Notes under the pieces: generated by a model
The model's database searches: none
What the model saw: the letters and a program-made list of their open reading frames with translations, nothing else
What the model was told of the DNA's origin: nothing
Position numbers and translations under genes: made by a program
Part shown: positions 49,290 to 62,984 of the stretch, piece by piece
Numbering within the stretch: the first letter of the stretch is position 1
Layout: the number at the start of each line of letters is the position of its first letter
DNA from: Camelus ferus
Lineage: Eukaryota
Length of the DNA stretch: 64,000 bases
Direction: 5' to 3'
Assembly (NCBI RefSeq): GCF_009834535.1
Contig: NC_045724.1
Location: 18,972,001 to 19,036,000, forward strand

Positions 49290-49870
49290 TTGAAACTGCA
49301 GAGGTGGAAAAACTTTTCCTCTGCCTTTTTAGGTTCAGTGACTGGGGGCCAATGAATTAAACTGATAAAAGACAAATTAACAGGAGAAAAGGTTTACACA
49401 CTTTGCTGATATCAATATTTTTATGTGCACAGGGGTTTCACAGAAAAGAAGTGAAAAACCCAAAGAGGTGGTTTGACCTGGGGGCTTATATATCATTTTA
49501 ACAAAGGGTAATAAATTGCGGAGAAGTGACTAGACAAAGGAAAAGAGTTTGTAGATGTTACGTTGTGGGAAGGTGACTAGGAAATGCGCGAGGGTGGGAA
49601 GTAACAGTAAATACACATTGTTTATGCAGACTCATCTTGGAGTCATCGAGAGTCAAGAGTCGTAAGGGTCCTGGTATGGGGGAGGCGGGTGGTTACATTT
49701 TCAAATGGAAATTTTCTTTACCAAAGGGAAATGTATGCCCTGCTTTTTGTCAGACAGAAGAGGGCAGAGAACTTCTTCTGTGTCTGCTATTTCTCAATTG
49801 CCTTCAGCTCAAAATAATTCTTATGCCAAAGTGACGTATTTTGGGTGGCATATTTTGATCCCGTTCAATA
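49290..49870 (-). mobile_element. ERV1 LTR (MER34/MER39-like); further LTR-like pieces at ~50010-50110 (+) and ~50170-50600
   Basis: The minus strand begins ...AAAATATGCCACCCAAAATACGTCACTTTGGCATAAGAATTATTTTGAGCTGAAGGCAATTGAG, matching the recalled MER34/39-like LTR head. Confidence 0.7.
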
Positions 49871-52800
49871 CATTTTATAATCAGTAAGCCTTTGTGTATC
49901 TTGCAGATGTTCTCTTGGCTGGAGTTCCTTGAGGTTTTAGATCCTTGCCTTTTTAAAGTTCAAGGCAATGTGCTGCTTGAGGCTGTCTACCCTCCCAACA
50001 GAGCAGGCCCCCCCGCAAGATGTGCCACTTTGGCATACAGGTTATTTTGAGCTAAACTCAATGGAGACCCTGAGGGCTGGAGAGGAACTACTCCCTTAAT
50101 ATAATTAGCAGTACAGGTAAGAAAATGAGAGAAGACTTTTTAAAGATATACATACTCATGGATTTAAGGATAAAATGGTGTTGTCTAAAACTACAGTCTG
50201 TTCACTGAATGAAACAAAGCAGAAGGATGAGTTTATCACAAGGCTTTTGACCTGCAAGCCAGGAAACTAAAGACTGGGAGCAGTGAGTTCCGAGTTGCTC
50301 ACCGGCAGAGAGCTCTCTAGGGGAGTAAATATGGAAGTTATTTGGCCTTTTCCATTGATTGGTTGCCCAGGGGTCTACTTTCTTATTTGGGTTAGAGTAG
50401 CTGAGTCAGGCGAACAAGAAAATCCAGAGAAGGCGTGAGCAGAATTGGCATTTGGGGATTGGCTGGTGTCCTGTGCTGCTTTCTGAGAAGAGCTGTAAGT
50501 TCCTGTAAGGTTAGGTTAAGTTTTCTTTGTGTACCTGTGTTGACCATCTCCATTTTGCCCCTGACATAAGTGATCCATTTTAGTTTGGTTTTACAATGTG
50601 ATATCTATAAATTATGTTTAATAACTCTAGTTAATCAGTATTTGTCTTCCCTGATAGATGATAAGCTTCACAATGGAAGAGAATGTCTGCTTTATTTTCT
50701 GTTATATCCCTAGCACATAATAGATGCTCCGTAAATAATTCTTAACTGATTAAGTGAGTAAATTAACATATAGGAACCATACAGAGAAAAGTACAGCATG
50801 AAGAGCAGTCAGATCCCTCGGGGGCAGTAGCCAGTGGACCCCTACGTGAGCGCTGGTTGGGGTAAAGGGTTGTAGTCACTAAAAGAAACTGCCTACCTCA
50901 AAACTTTTGAATAGTACTAATCCTATAAAATGAATAGGATTTCAATAGATATTTTTAAAGCATTTACATAACTAGTTCTCTAAAATGTTTTCCTAATTTT
51001 CCATGGATTTCAGTAAAGAAGAAATTCTAGTGTAGATACTACGAAAAAAAAAAGTCAGTAAGACCATTTCTCTTCTGTAAAAACACAGATAATTGCCGAT
51101 TCATTTTTGCTGCAACTTCCCAAAGGACACTAGAAGCTTGCCAAACTCAAATATTGTTAGAACTCAAACAGTTCCAAAACTCCAAGGAAGGCAAGTTTTT
51201 AATCACCTCTGGGATGTTCACCTTCAATAAGGATTTTTAGGGCTAAGAAAGAATAAGCCCAAATTTAGCTCTAAGATGTTGAGCTATCTACTTTTATAAC
51301 TCCACTGGTGATGGAATTGTTGTTGCTTTGTTAAATCTTGCTGCAGTTTGACCCTTCTCAGTGGGAACTTGGTGATTAATAATGCCCTTAATTGCTTTTC
51401 CTCCTGCCCTCACAGCTGGTGGGAGAAGTGATGTATCTCACAAAAGAAACGCTGAACCGAGTTTTAAGGACAGAAAGGAAGCGGGGATGTAGCGCTGTAG
51501 GCTCTGCTTCCTTCCTGCACCGTGGGAGGCTTCAGAAGCCTCACCCTCGTTAAGGAGAGCAGCTCTGCCCGGGTGCACGGAGCCATCTCCAACAACACTG
51601 TAACTGCTGTTCCAGCCCATGACTGACAGGGAAGCCTTCCTAGAGCCCCAGGCTTTGGTGGAGGCTGCCCCCTCTGCCACACAGGTCTAGGGTATGCGAG
51701 TTCATGAGCCAATGAACAGGGTTTCCTTCCTCACATCCTTTGACAGTAATTAGTTGATGCAAGGGCTCAGGGACTCAAAATGCCTCCTTTAAGTTACAGA
51801 GAACCATGGCTTTTCCTGAGCAGTGAATCAATGGCACGTGTTCAGTAGGAGCTAAGATGATAGGGATGGTGTCCCGACTCAGTGCCTGTGATGGAATCTA
51901 ATCAAATGGGAAAGCACCAGGGAGGGGAGAAGGTGATAATGGGCAGTGAATGTGACTTTGATTTAGAAACTAATTTTTAATATTCTTTGAGATAATTCTG
52001 TAACTTTCTAAAGAGACAGATAGGCTGCCTCATCTGGGGTAGGTATGCTAGCAGCAAGATTTGCCATGTAAGAACATTTTAATTAAGGTCTGTTTTAGAG
52101 TGTTTTGGGGAATTGCTTTGGCTGAGATGGTGGATGGAATGGGGTGTGGGGAAGAAGGAAGAAAACTAGGTATAAAGAACTTTAATTTTATAGCCTCAAC
52201 TCATATACTAAAAGCAGACGGGCAGGAGGAAACACACGATGGCCAAGAAGGGAAATCCAGGCAGGACCACACAAGACGGTCACAGGAGCAGCAAGGACAG
52301 CCGCAGGCAGGGAGGAGGAGGCTCAAATTTTTCCATTCCTATGACATTTTGTTCATTTACACCCCAAATGGCTCTTCTCTGATCTCAGAGGGGGCCTCCT
52401 TCAGGGGAGAGGTGGTGTTTAAATAGCCTCTTGAGATCTACCTAGGGAAAGTGCAAAGTACAACGTAATGGTTTAGTGATGAGATCAACCAACAACTTAG
52501 CTGGGGTCACTGGGCAGCCATTGAAAAGCAACATAATCCAGCAAGGAAAAAGTGTTAGAAGAATGCCTGGGAAAAAATTCAAAGGACAAAGGGATAAATG
52601 GACATTGTCATGTCTTAGGTCTATGCCTGGATTTATATTTCCTATCCATAGTGCCCCAAACCATTTCCTTCTTTGCACAATGTCCTGGTTCGATAGGACC
52701 AGGCAGAATAACTCATTTGAAAAATACTTCTCATGTTCCTCCTAAAATAATGTTAAAAGCTATATTAGTTTTGTTGAAAATTTTCAAATACCTCACAACA

Positions 52801-52989
52801 CTCAACCGAAGTAGTTAAGTAAGATCAGTTAAGCCTGTTCCACACCATGACATTGAAGATTTACCAAGAAACTTTTGACCCTTTGAGAAGATTGACTCCT
52901 TTAAATCATTAATAACCAATCAATACTTGGCTAGTACTTACAATGTGGGATTTATGATCGTTTATGTTTCATATTATGGCTTGATTTTT

Positions 52990-53140
52990 AAAGACAGTAT
53001 GTTTTAGTGATTAAGGGCATGGACCTCAGAACAGACTGGATACAAGTCTGGCTCCACTATTTCTCAGCTGTGTGATCTTGGGAAAATTACTTAACCTTTC
53101 TGTTTCTTGCTTTTCTCATCTATAAGGTGGAGTTTATGAA
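52990..53140 (+). mobile_element. MIR SINE
   Basis: gtgattaagggcatggacctcaga...ctgtgtgatcttgggaaaattacttaacc...ctcatctataagg. Confidence 0.8.
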
Positions 53141-53172
53141 TCCCCTCTGAGCAAGGCACCGACCAGTAATGG

Positions 53173-53664
53173 TGTTAGTTTTCTAGTGTTGCTGTGACAA
53201 GTTAGCACAAGCTTAAACAACACACATTTATCATCTTATAATTCTGGAGGTTAGAACCTCCAACATGGGTCCCCCCTGGGCGAAAATCAAGGTGTCAGTA
53301 GGGTGGAGTTCAGTTCTGAAGGTTCTAGGAGGGAGTCTGTTTCCTTACCTTTTCCAGCGTCCTAGGCCCATGGCCCCTTCCTCTGTCTTCAGAGCCAGCA
53401 ATGGCCTGTAGGCCCTTCCTCATACGGCCTCTCTCTGCACCTTCTTCTGTCGTTGCATCCGTCTCTGACCTTAGTGAGAAAGGTTTTCTGCTTTAAGGAG
53501 TCTTGTGAGGAGATTGGGCCTGTCTGGATGATCCAGGAGACTTTCGAGAGCTCTTCACTTGAATCGTATCTGCAGAGCCCTTTTGCCATGTAGGGTACCA
53601 CATTCCCAGATGCCAGGGATTAGGACGAGGACATCTTCCAGAGGACATTATTCTGCCAACTACA
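53173..53664 (-). mobile_element. MLT1D-like MaLR solo LTR
   Basis: The minus strand starts GTAGTTGGCAGAATAATGTCC...CCTAATCCCTGG...ACATGGCAAAAGGG, matching the recalled MLT1D head. Confidence 0.88.
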
Positions 53665-54699
53665 GGGGTGAAACTGAAGCTGGAGTGTCTGGTCCCATCA
53701 GTTTAGAATGCAAACAATGTCACCCCATGGTGTTTTTCCAAAATCCTACACCTGGGTCCCCACCTGCCTTTTTAACAAGAGGTTCTATGTCTGAGGTGAG
53801 GGTGGGAAGGGGCCCTCTTGTGATGAGTCCGCGAACCTCAGGGATAACCTAGGAGGTCAGCCTTGGTTAATACTGCCTTTCAGGGAGGAAAGTGGTCAGT
53901 GCTGTAAGTGCCTGTTCCAGCCTGCGGCTGCTGTGCCCACCACCACGTGCTCCCATCCTCGGTGCGCCCAACCTGGGCATCCATTGGGCTGATTCAAGGG
54001 CTGTGCCACAGAAAGCACGGAGGTACAAAGATTGTCACAGACAAAGCTCGTTGCCACTGCCACTGCCACTGCCGCTCTGGCAGAACTGACTTGGGCTGGA
54101 ATGGGGAGGGGGAATGCTTCCCTCACCCAGGGGAGGCCCATGCCCAAGCAGCCCCAGGTTCTCAATGATAGCTTCTTTAATGAAATGGCCTTTCCAGTCT
54201 GTTCTTGGAACAGCAGGCATTCTCTGGGGTTAGCTGCCTCCAAGGCCTGGTGAGATCCCTTTTGACTGCCTGACCCCTGACCTCAGGGGGACCCTGAGGA
54301 GTACTCTAGACCTTACCTGCCTCCCAACACAGGTTAGGTGCCAGTTAAGGTAACTTTGAAGCAGGAAGGAAAGGAAGCTGGGTTCTCAGTTCCTTCCTTT
54401 TGGCGCCCACCCAAAGCCCCTGGGCTTCTTATGCAAATGGACCACCCCTACTGGACTATCTTTAAGCTTGTGTGTCAGTGGGGTATGGGTGGGGGTGAGG
54501 GAGTTGGGCCCTGTTGCCAGCATAGTGTCTGTTGAGAGATTCAAGGGCATTTTGGTGACTTGTCAGGAAAAGTGAAGACTTCAAGGCAACTGCATGTTGC
54601 TACTTAACATCAGAAACTAAACAACAATTAGCAATTTCCAAATGAGAATTCTTTTAATAAAAAATATTTAAAATTTCACTTTGCTGGGCATCACACTAG

Positions 54700-55035
54700 G
54701 GCAACAATCTCCAAACTTTTTTGTCTCAGGACCCCGTTACACTTTTAAAAATTATTGTCTCCCAGCTTTGGTTGACATGGGTTGTATCTATTGATATTTT
54801 CTGTATTAGAAGTGAAAACAATTATATATAATTCATTTTTAAAAAACCATTACATTTTAATGTAATTAACACATTTTGATGAAAACTAACAAAACAAAAA
54901 AAAATATTTTTGAGAAGAGTCACTTTGTTTTACATATTTGCTTTTATGTTTGGCTTCATAGAAGACAGTTGAATTTTTCATATCTGTTTCTGCCTTCAAT
55001 CTGTTGTGATATCACACTTTGGAATGGCTGCCCTG
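54700..55035. mobile_element. hAT-Charlie non-autonomous DNA transposon (subfamily not assigned)
   Basis: ctccaaacttttttgtctcaggaccccgttacacttttaaaaattattg...cacactttggaatggctgccctg has Charlie-type termini. Confidence 0.75.
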
Positions 55036-55399
55036 GGGTAATTTCAGATCAAATGTGCGAAAATGCTTTAGAATGCTAGGTGTTCGCTGTTTCTATATAG
55101 GGATGCTGAAATAGGAAGTAACAGGAAATTCCTCCCTTGAGGCTCATCGCACCTCTTTGACTTTAAACACACCAGAACTCAGCCCACCCGGAAATCAGGC
55201 ATTTGTTCCTTCATGCAGAGTTTCAGAACTAACATTCTCACAGAAACTTACTTGAAAGAAGTCCATCATTTCACCAGATACAGAAGAAATCTCATTCCGT
55301 ACTAGACAAACTGTGGTTTCAAGAATTCTATAAGATATAGTTGGGAAAACTACATATGACTCTACCACATTAAAAAAGAATTTTTCCATACATTTGTTT

Positions 55400-55560
55400 A
55401 AATCTTACTTATGTACCTTTAAGAAGTAGCAATTCTGAGGCTCAGAGAGATTAATGGAAAAAATGACTTGCCAAATGTCACAGAGTTAGGATAAGTGGTA
55501 AAACTGGGAATCCAGCCCAGGTTTTCTGATTCTAGATTCATTAGGTTTTTCCCTTACATT
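55400..55560 (-). mobile_element. MIR SINE
   Basis: ctgaggctcagagagattaat...atgacttgccaaatgtcacagagttagg. Confidence 0.75.
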
Positions 55561-56099
55561 ACAATGGCTCTGGGCGGTTTATCTCATGTCCATGGGGCTC
55601 TAAAGAAGAAGGAAGCAGGAAAGGTATGTCTGATTTGGGGGTGGAGAGAGGAAAGAATATAGGGAGAAGTTTTAACCATGTCTGCAGCCCACACAGCTGT
55701 GGAAAGTACTGCCTTTAGGGATCATGGTCTGGGGAGATGGAATGGGAAAATGTAGGACACTAGATAGCTGGCAGATGGTAGAAGATAAGAACCCTTGAGT
55801 CAAATTTTCTCTCCTTCACAGTTTTATCCACCTTCATCTCTGACTGTCATGGGGTTTCTTTAGAAATCTCTGACAGAAAAAGAACCCAAAGATAGAAAAT
55901 TAGTTCAACATTAGACACTACTATGTGAATGCCCCCAAACAGACTTGAAGATGCTATCCTTTTGCTGTACGTCACACCCAAAGATCATGAGTGATTTATC
56001 CATCTAATTTCCAGCCAGCACCAGAGTAGTGAAGGACAAAAAAATCATTGCTTGTTGAGTTTTCATTTCTTCTTATATGGCTTTCTGTTGTCTTCCTAA

Positions 56100-58000
56100 A
56101 CAACCCTCAGAAACAAGCATTTTGCTTTTCTAATATGGCATAATCAGATGGACACTCCCCAGTCACTGTCTTAATTGACCTGTCTAGGACACAAAATTGT
56201 GTGAAAGGTCTTCCTTTAGCTTTCCTTGGGTTCCACGATACCCACTTGCCTGAACTCCTTCCTACCTCTCTGAAGGATTCTTCTCAGTCTGTTCTGTAGG
56301 CTCTTCTTGGCTAACCCTTAGATGATGATGTCACATGAGACTCCCTTCTTTTTTCCTTAATTCACTCCCCCTAGTCAATGCATCCACTCTCTTGGCTTGT
56401 ATATCCACTTGTTCGCTGATGACTCTAAAAGCTCTCAGGGCCAGATTTGCCTCTAACTTCAGATCCATTGATCTATTTGCCTTTTGGAGGTCCTACAGGC
56501 TTTTGAAATCAAACATGTCCAAAATGGAACTCATTTTTATTGCTGTCCCCAGAATTATTTCTCCTCTGCGTTCTCCACCCAGCAAATGGCACTGCTACTT
56601 ATCTAATTGTACAAATCAGAGACTTAAAAGTTGAGCAGGAGAACTCTCGCTTTCACCCTTATAAAGGAAAACTCTATTTTTCTCCTCTACTCTCAATACT
56701 TCTGACTCTAGATATGTGGGATTTTTTTGTGGGAAGCTATTCTCCAACTCTCAGTAGATTATGACTGAGTGTCCTACAAATTTAACTCATTTCTGACACT
56801 ATCTATTGAATATAGAGTCAGAGTAAGGGCTCAGTTCCACAAGACTGCTCCCACTTCCGACACCAGTCTCAAGTCCAGGTTCTCACTTACACTTCTAACC
56901 TATAAATCAGGGTTCCCACAAGCTCCTTCTCAGATTTGATAATTTGCTAGAATGACTCACAGAATGAAGGAAAAAATTCCTTATCAGTTTATTATAAAAG
57001 GATACAACTCAGGAATAGGCAAATGGAAGAGATTCAATGGGCAAGGTATGGGGGAGTCAAGGTGTAGGTTCCATGCCCTCTCTGGCTGTGCCACCCTTCC
57101 AGTATCTGTTTACTAACCCAGAAGCTCATCAAATATTGTTCAAGAGATTTTATAGAGCTTGATGGCCAGCTACTCCCTCCCTCTTCCCAGAGGTCACTGG
57201 GTGGGGCTGAATGTCCCAACCCTCTAATCACTTGGTCTTTCTGTGACCCTAAGTCACACAAGATAACTCAGATGTGCTCTAAAGGGGCTCCCTATGAATA
57301 GCAAAAGACACTCCTTTCACTCTGGAAATTCCGAGGGTTTTACGAGCTCTGTGCCAGGAACTGGAGGGCAAAGACCAAACATATTTCTTATTATACCACA
57401 TATCCCTTATAGACAATCGATCACCAAGTTTAATTCTGCCCACTAGAATATTAAGCTGGACTTACTGCAGTGACTCCCAGGATGGAGGGAGGTATCTCTC
57501 TGTCGCTAGTCTTCCTCCCACCAATCCATCATTGTCTTTCTGAAATGTAGACCTGATCACACTCCCTTACCTGCTAAAGCTCAGCCAGTCCTCATTGCTC
57601 TTAGAGTTATTTTCCCATTTCATCTCTTGCCACTCTTTCCTTGCATTCTGCACACTAAACCATACTACATTTCTTTTGTCTCCTAGAATGAACCATGCTC
57701 GTTGTCTTGCTTCCTGATTTTACAGGTACAGTTTACTCTCTTGGAACAGTGTCCTCATTTTCTCTACCTCTGTACCTGTCTAATGCAATTTTGAGGTTTA
57801 AGCCATAGTATCAGTCCTCAAGAAGTCTTTTTAACATCCCAAGGAAGGGCCAAATACTGCCTCCATGTGCTCACATGGCACGTGGAACTTTCCTTTGGCC
57901 CTTACCACAGTGTTTCAGTTGCCTTTGCTTGTCTGTGTCTCTGTGTGCTGTAGGACAGGAACCATGGTTACCTTGTTCACAATCCTATCTCCAGCACCTA
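56100..58000 (+). mobile_element. L2 LINE split by the MER21 LTR (L2 parts ~56100-56640 and ~57480-58000)
   Basis: cttgacctgtctaggacac...ttcgctgatgactc (ADD motif)...tttgaaatcaaacatgtccaaaatggaactc; resumes tctgaaatgtagacctgatcacactcc and ends in the L2 tail. Confidence 0.85.
56715..57400 (-). mobile_element. MER21-type (ERVL) solo LTR nested in L2
   Basis: agggctcagttccacaagactgctcccacttc...tttgataatttgctagaatgactcacaga...gagctctgtgccaggaac...ttataccaca. Confidence 0.88.
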
Positions 58001-58450
58001 GCACTATTTTGGGGATATATTATAAGTGACCTTGGGCAAATTATTTAAACTCTTTGTGTCTTTCTGTTTACCAGACTGTAAAATGGGAATTGAAGTAGTA
58101 CCTATCTCATGGGCTTACTCTGAGCAGTATCCATATATTTAGAACTTACGATGGAACACTCAGAGGTTGCCTTAATAATCATGTCTAAACAAATTCTTTG
58201 GACACCTCTCACCTTGGCTCTCAAAGGCAATATAGAGATAGCAGAGCCCAATGATTAAAACTTGGATTCTGAAACTAGGTTTCCTGATTTAAATGTGAGT
58301 TTTTCCACTCACTGGTTTTGTGACTTTAGGCAAATTATTAATTATTCAGTGCCTCTGGTTTCCCCATCTATAAAATGGCAATAGAAGTTGTATCTACCTT
58401 ATAGCATTGTTGTATCCCTGGCACATGGTAAGGACATTGTAAATGTTTTT
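58000..58450 (+). mobile_element. Two MIR fragments
   Basis: gtgaccttgggcaaattatttaa...ctgtaaaatgggaat; gtgactttaggcaaatt...tccccatctataaaatggcaata. Confidence 0.8.
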
Positions 58451-59208
58451 AAATAAAACAGAAAATACAGAGAGGAGGAGTGAGAGTGTACAGACTTTTG
58501 GCACCATGTGATTGTCAATGACAGTTGATATAAATGACTTCTCCTTGGATCATGGTTCCCAATCAAACTCCAAAGCAAGCCAACATCAGTGGCTCATTTA
58601 TTAGCTGTCTACACCAGCCACTGAATAGTTTCCAAGAGACCCAAATTTCATAATGGAATGCAGCCTGTGCTCCAGTGGAGGACAGTGTCTAGGAAGAAGG
58701 TGCATGAGCACTGATGACTTCTGGTTCAAGATCCACATAATTGCTGCAATTTGCAGTGCCATTTAACATGAATAAATGGCAGCAGGTGTTGGGGGTAGTA
58801 GGGTAGGTTTGAAGGGGCCACCACAGAGGGGATCTCCGCAGATGTGAGCTTTGTGTCCAGTGTCTGACAGACTTTGGGATTGTTTCTGACAGTGAGAAGA
58901 ACAACTGCCCTTTGCCTGAACTCTTGTCACACTAAGTCTGAAAGTAAATGCTGACATACCTGTGATAGCTCAGTTCATTTACCTTTGGAAGCACAAATGT
59001 CCACAATTAGCCCCAGGTTATCCAACATGTGGCTTCTCCTCTGTTCTCCTTCCTACTTTGGGTCTTGACAGTTTCTATACCAAGTAGCTCATACATAAGG
59101 AGGCATCAAATCAAATATGTCCATCTTGCTGCTCACTAATAGCCTTGGAGAAAGAATTTTAGGCCAGAGAACTACAACCATTCGCCCAAAGAGATTGGAC
59201 TAGCCTTG

Positions 59209-59280
59209 TGTTATGGGTTGAATTGTGTTTCCCCCCAAAATAGGTGAGAGTCCTAACCCTCAGTGCTTCAGAATGTGATC
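59209..59280 (+). mobile_element. 5' fragment of an MLT1 LTR
   Basis: tgttatgggttgaattgtgtttccccccaaaa...gtcctaaccctcagtgcttcagaatgtgatc; same family as 12955. Confidence 0.8.
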
Positions 59281-60049
59281 TGACGACTTCGAGCCCCATT
59301 GACTCTGAGACTTCTGCGACTTTATTGGGATCTTAGCAACTTACCCATTTTTGCTGATTTTGTTATTATTTGGTTATTTCTCCATGTAGCAAGTGTTATA
59401 AAACTCTTTTGGAAAAAAGAATGTGTGTTTTAGGGAATAGAAACTATAAGGGAAAATACACACATAAATGAGCTAGATTTGGTAGAAGACTTGAACAAAA
59501 CCAAGCTCTTTTCTGCCACAGAATCTTGGCATAAAGAAGGTACTCATTGTACCTGGAATGCATGATCCTAGGATCTTCTCAAACAGTGTCTTTAAGAGAG
59601 CTTTCCTGACCTCTCCCTCTCTCAAGTCATCCTCTCTGAGTCAGAAATTAATTTTTTTAACCTCACTGGTTAATTTTGTTCCAATAAAGGGACAAACTTT
59701 CTTTGGGAATTTTATCTTACATAGTTTCCTGCTAGCGTTATCTTGTCTATTGCGTATGTGGTAATTTCACCTATGTTACCAAAAAAGTGAATATGATAAA
59801 GTCCAGTATGAGATAAAGAAAATCCTCTTAAACACATCTTATGAGGAAAATATCAGGTAGGCCATCTGATAATTTATATACTGTTAATAGACTATAATAC
59901 AATTTCCAGTTGAGTCAAACATACACATTTTCATAAATTGTCAGGTATTAGGCACAAAGCATTGTGTTTTTTAGAACCAGACTCAGTGACTTGTAAAAAT
60001 GATAAATGTGTCAAGTTACACTGTTTTGTGTGTTTTGTTTTATATCATT

Positions 60050-61520
60050 TTCACAGTAGTTGCTATGGGTACCAGTCTAATAGTATCAGCATTTTACCAC
60101 TTTGAATCAAGTGGGGAAACCTTACTTTCATTTGGGTCCCTTTACTTTTTCTACTTTTAAATATCATTGCCTTGGGTGTCAGCTAGTGTTATTTTTGGTT
60201 CAAGCATCAAATATAATTCAGAAAATTCACAAGGAGAAGGATGGTCTATTGTGTTTGCCCATATTTTGCTCTTCCTATTGTTCTTTCTTCCTGATGCTAC
60301 AAGTTCTCATCTTCTATCATTTTCTTTCTGTTTGAAAAACATCCTTTAGCCATTCTTTCAGGGTAGATCTGCCAGCAACAAGTTGTTTTAGTTTCCTTTC
60401 ATCTGGGAATGTCTTCATTTCCCCTTCATTGTTGAAGGATAGTTTTGTCAGATATAAATTCATGGTTGACAGTGGGTTTTTGTTCCAGCCTTGAAAAATG
60501 TTCTACTTCCTTCTTGTCACTGTAGTTTCAGGTGAGAAATCTACTGCCATTCAAAATGGTGTTTGTACTATAGGTAATGTTTTTTCTCTCTGGCTGCTGT
60601 CAAGATTTTTTTCTTTGTTTTTAGTTTTGAGAAGTTTACTTATGATGTGTCTTGATATAGGTTTCTTTGGTTTTATTCTATTTAAAATTCACTCAGTTTC
60701 TTGAATCTGTGGGTTTATTTTTAAATTTTTATGTGTGTATGTATGTATGTTATGTTGTTACGTTATGTATGTATGTATGTGTATTACCAAATTTGGGAAG
60801 GTTTTAGCCATTATTTCTTGGAATACTCTTTCAACTACTCTATTTCTCCTCTTAGGACACCAGTGATACTAGTGTTGGATCTTTTGTTGTTTACCCTACA
60901 AGTCCCAGAGGCTCTGTTCACTTTTCTTTTCAGCCTATTTTCTCTTTGTTGTTAATATTAGATAAATTCTACTGATCTATCCTCATGCTAATTGATTCAG
61001 TCCTGTTATCTCCACTCTACTTTCGAATCCATCCAGTTTTTTTTTTTTCATTTTGGTTATTGTATTTGTGAGTTATTTAATTGACATTTGGTTCCTATAA
61101 CTTCTGTTTCTTTGCTGAGATTTTATATTTTTTCATTTGTTTCAAGAGCATTTTTAATTGCTTGTTGGAGCATTTTTGTGATGGCTGCTTTAAAATCCTT
61201 GCCAGATAATTCCAACGTCTGATTCATCTAGGTATTGGTGTCTATTGTCTTTTCTCATTCAAGCTGTGATTTTCTCATTTCTTGATATAATAGGTGATTT
61301 GGGTTGTATCCCAAATATCGTGAATGTCAGAAGACTCTGGATCTTATTTAATACTTTATGTTTGAAGGTAGTCACCCTGTTTAGGTTTTGCATGTAAGTC
61401 CTTGACTACTTTTGAGACTGTGGTTTCAATGACATTTTAATTTCACAGCCTTTGTGGTACTGTTTTGATCTGCTTGGTTTATCTGGTGCCTTGTGGCTTT
61501 CACAGATCCTTGCTGGTGTT
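60050..61520 (-). mobile_element. Old L1M (L1MC/L1MD-like) ORF1/5' region
   Basis: ttagccattctttcagggtagatctgccagcaaca...ttgaaggatagttttgtcagatata...ggctgctttaaaatccttgccagataattccaac. Confidence 0.85.
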
Positions 61521-62499
61521 GCCTGAGGGGTAGAAGGAGCTCCCCTGGGCCTGCAGAGAGGCCTGGTGGGGAAGAAAGTACTTCCTGGGTTGAGCACTTG
61601 TGTCAGAATCCCATGTTTCCTAACTATTTGGTATCTTTCAGAGAGGGGAGTGTTAGCACCAGGGTGGGAAGGAAAGTCCTTCCCCTGGCCACTTAATTCC
61701 AGCAGGGCTCCAGATAGATTCTTCCTGCTGATTCTACTGGGCTTGCTCAATCCAGATATTTTCTATCATAACATGCTGATTATTTCCTTCATGGCATTTA
61801 TTATCTGAAATTATATTTATCTATTGTTTTGCTTTTTTGTTACCTGTCTCTCACACCAGAATATAACTTTGTGAGGGCAGAGATTATTGGGATTTTTTTG
61901 TTTTTTTTTTTTTCAATTTATTCCTGTATCACAGCACATAGACAAAGTAGGTTCTTAATAAATATTTGCTGAAGGAAAGAAGAAATCCCAAAGGATAGAA
62001 AAGATGGTGACAGCTGTAAGGAAGAGATGAGAGCAGACTGAATTCTTAAGATGTACTGTCTATTTAAGCAATAGGGCTAAGATTTATTAACTATTTTATT
62101 TTCTATATATTTATCAAATCTTCTGACCCAGACACTGTGTTACGGCCTACGAATCTGAAGTGTGTGAAATACAGCTCTTGTTCCTGAGCGGCCTGTGGTC
62201 TAGTTGAGGAGACAGAACTGTCGATCTGTGTTTTGTATGTATTCTCCAACACTAGACAAGGCCAAGAGGTGGCTGTATGGAACACTGAAAAATTACCTGG
62301 CCCAGGGCAGTCTTTCCCACCTCCTCAGTTCTGGATTTATCGAAATAGATCAAGATGAACAGGAACATCTTATTCTTTCTAAATTTAAGCAAGGGTTCCT
62401 CCTATATGACTACTCTGAAAAGGAATTCTAAAGACCTTAGGGCTTTTTACCTGAGTGGAAGAAATGATGACCATATGGGGTCCATCAGAAGAAGGAGGT

Positions 62500-62960
62500 G
62501 GATGGATTCCTTTTTCCCTGCAGTATTTTCAAATGTTTGTTGGGTAGCAATCATGTGTACTAGGTTAGAGATACAAAAATAAGACAAGACAGGGTCCTTG
62601 CTCAGAGTTTAGAATGGAAGGAGATATAAAAACTGTCATTCCAGTGGAGAGAGGGATAAGGTTCTGGGGAAAGGTGGGGGAAGAAACTCCTCACCTGTAG
62701 TGGAGTCAAAGGATACTCTCTGGAGAAACTAGACTTTGAGCTGGGCTGTGAAGAATGACAACTTTTCAGATGTCCAGCCAGGAGGAGGGTAACCTGGCTG
62801 GAAGGAGGATCCCCTGTAAAATGGTCAAGGAGGCATGATATGTTTGAAGATCTACAAGAAGTTTAGTATTGTTGGCACAAAAAAGTAAAAGGGATGAGAG
62901 ATGGAAAGTGAAGTCTGAGACCAGACCGTGAAGGGTCTGCTTTGCAGGCAAGGTGTTTGC
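62500..62960 (-). mobile_element. L2 3' fragment
   Basis: aaatgtttgttgggtagcaatcatgtg...acaaaaataagacaagacagggtccttgctc...tttgagctgggctgtgaagaatga. Confidence 0.75.
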
Positions 62961-62984
62961 CTTTTATTGCCTGGAGTGCTGGTT

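Noticed and set aside
52239-52382. 47-aa ORF MAKKGNPGRTTQDGHRSS... with a good Kozak context
   Set aside because: No recognisable homology, promoter or splice context. It lies in a purine-rich, probably LTR-derived stretch.
58586-58624. 9-bp inverted repeat TCAGTGGCT/AGCCACTGA
   Set aside because: Short stem with a 21-nt loop; expected by chance in 64 kb.
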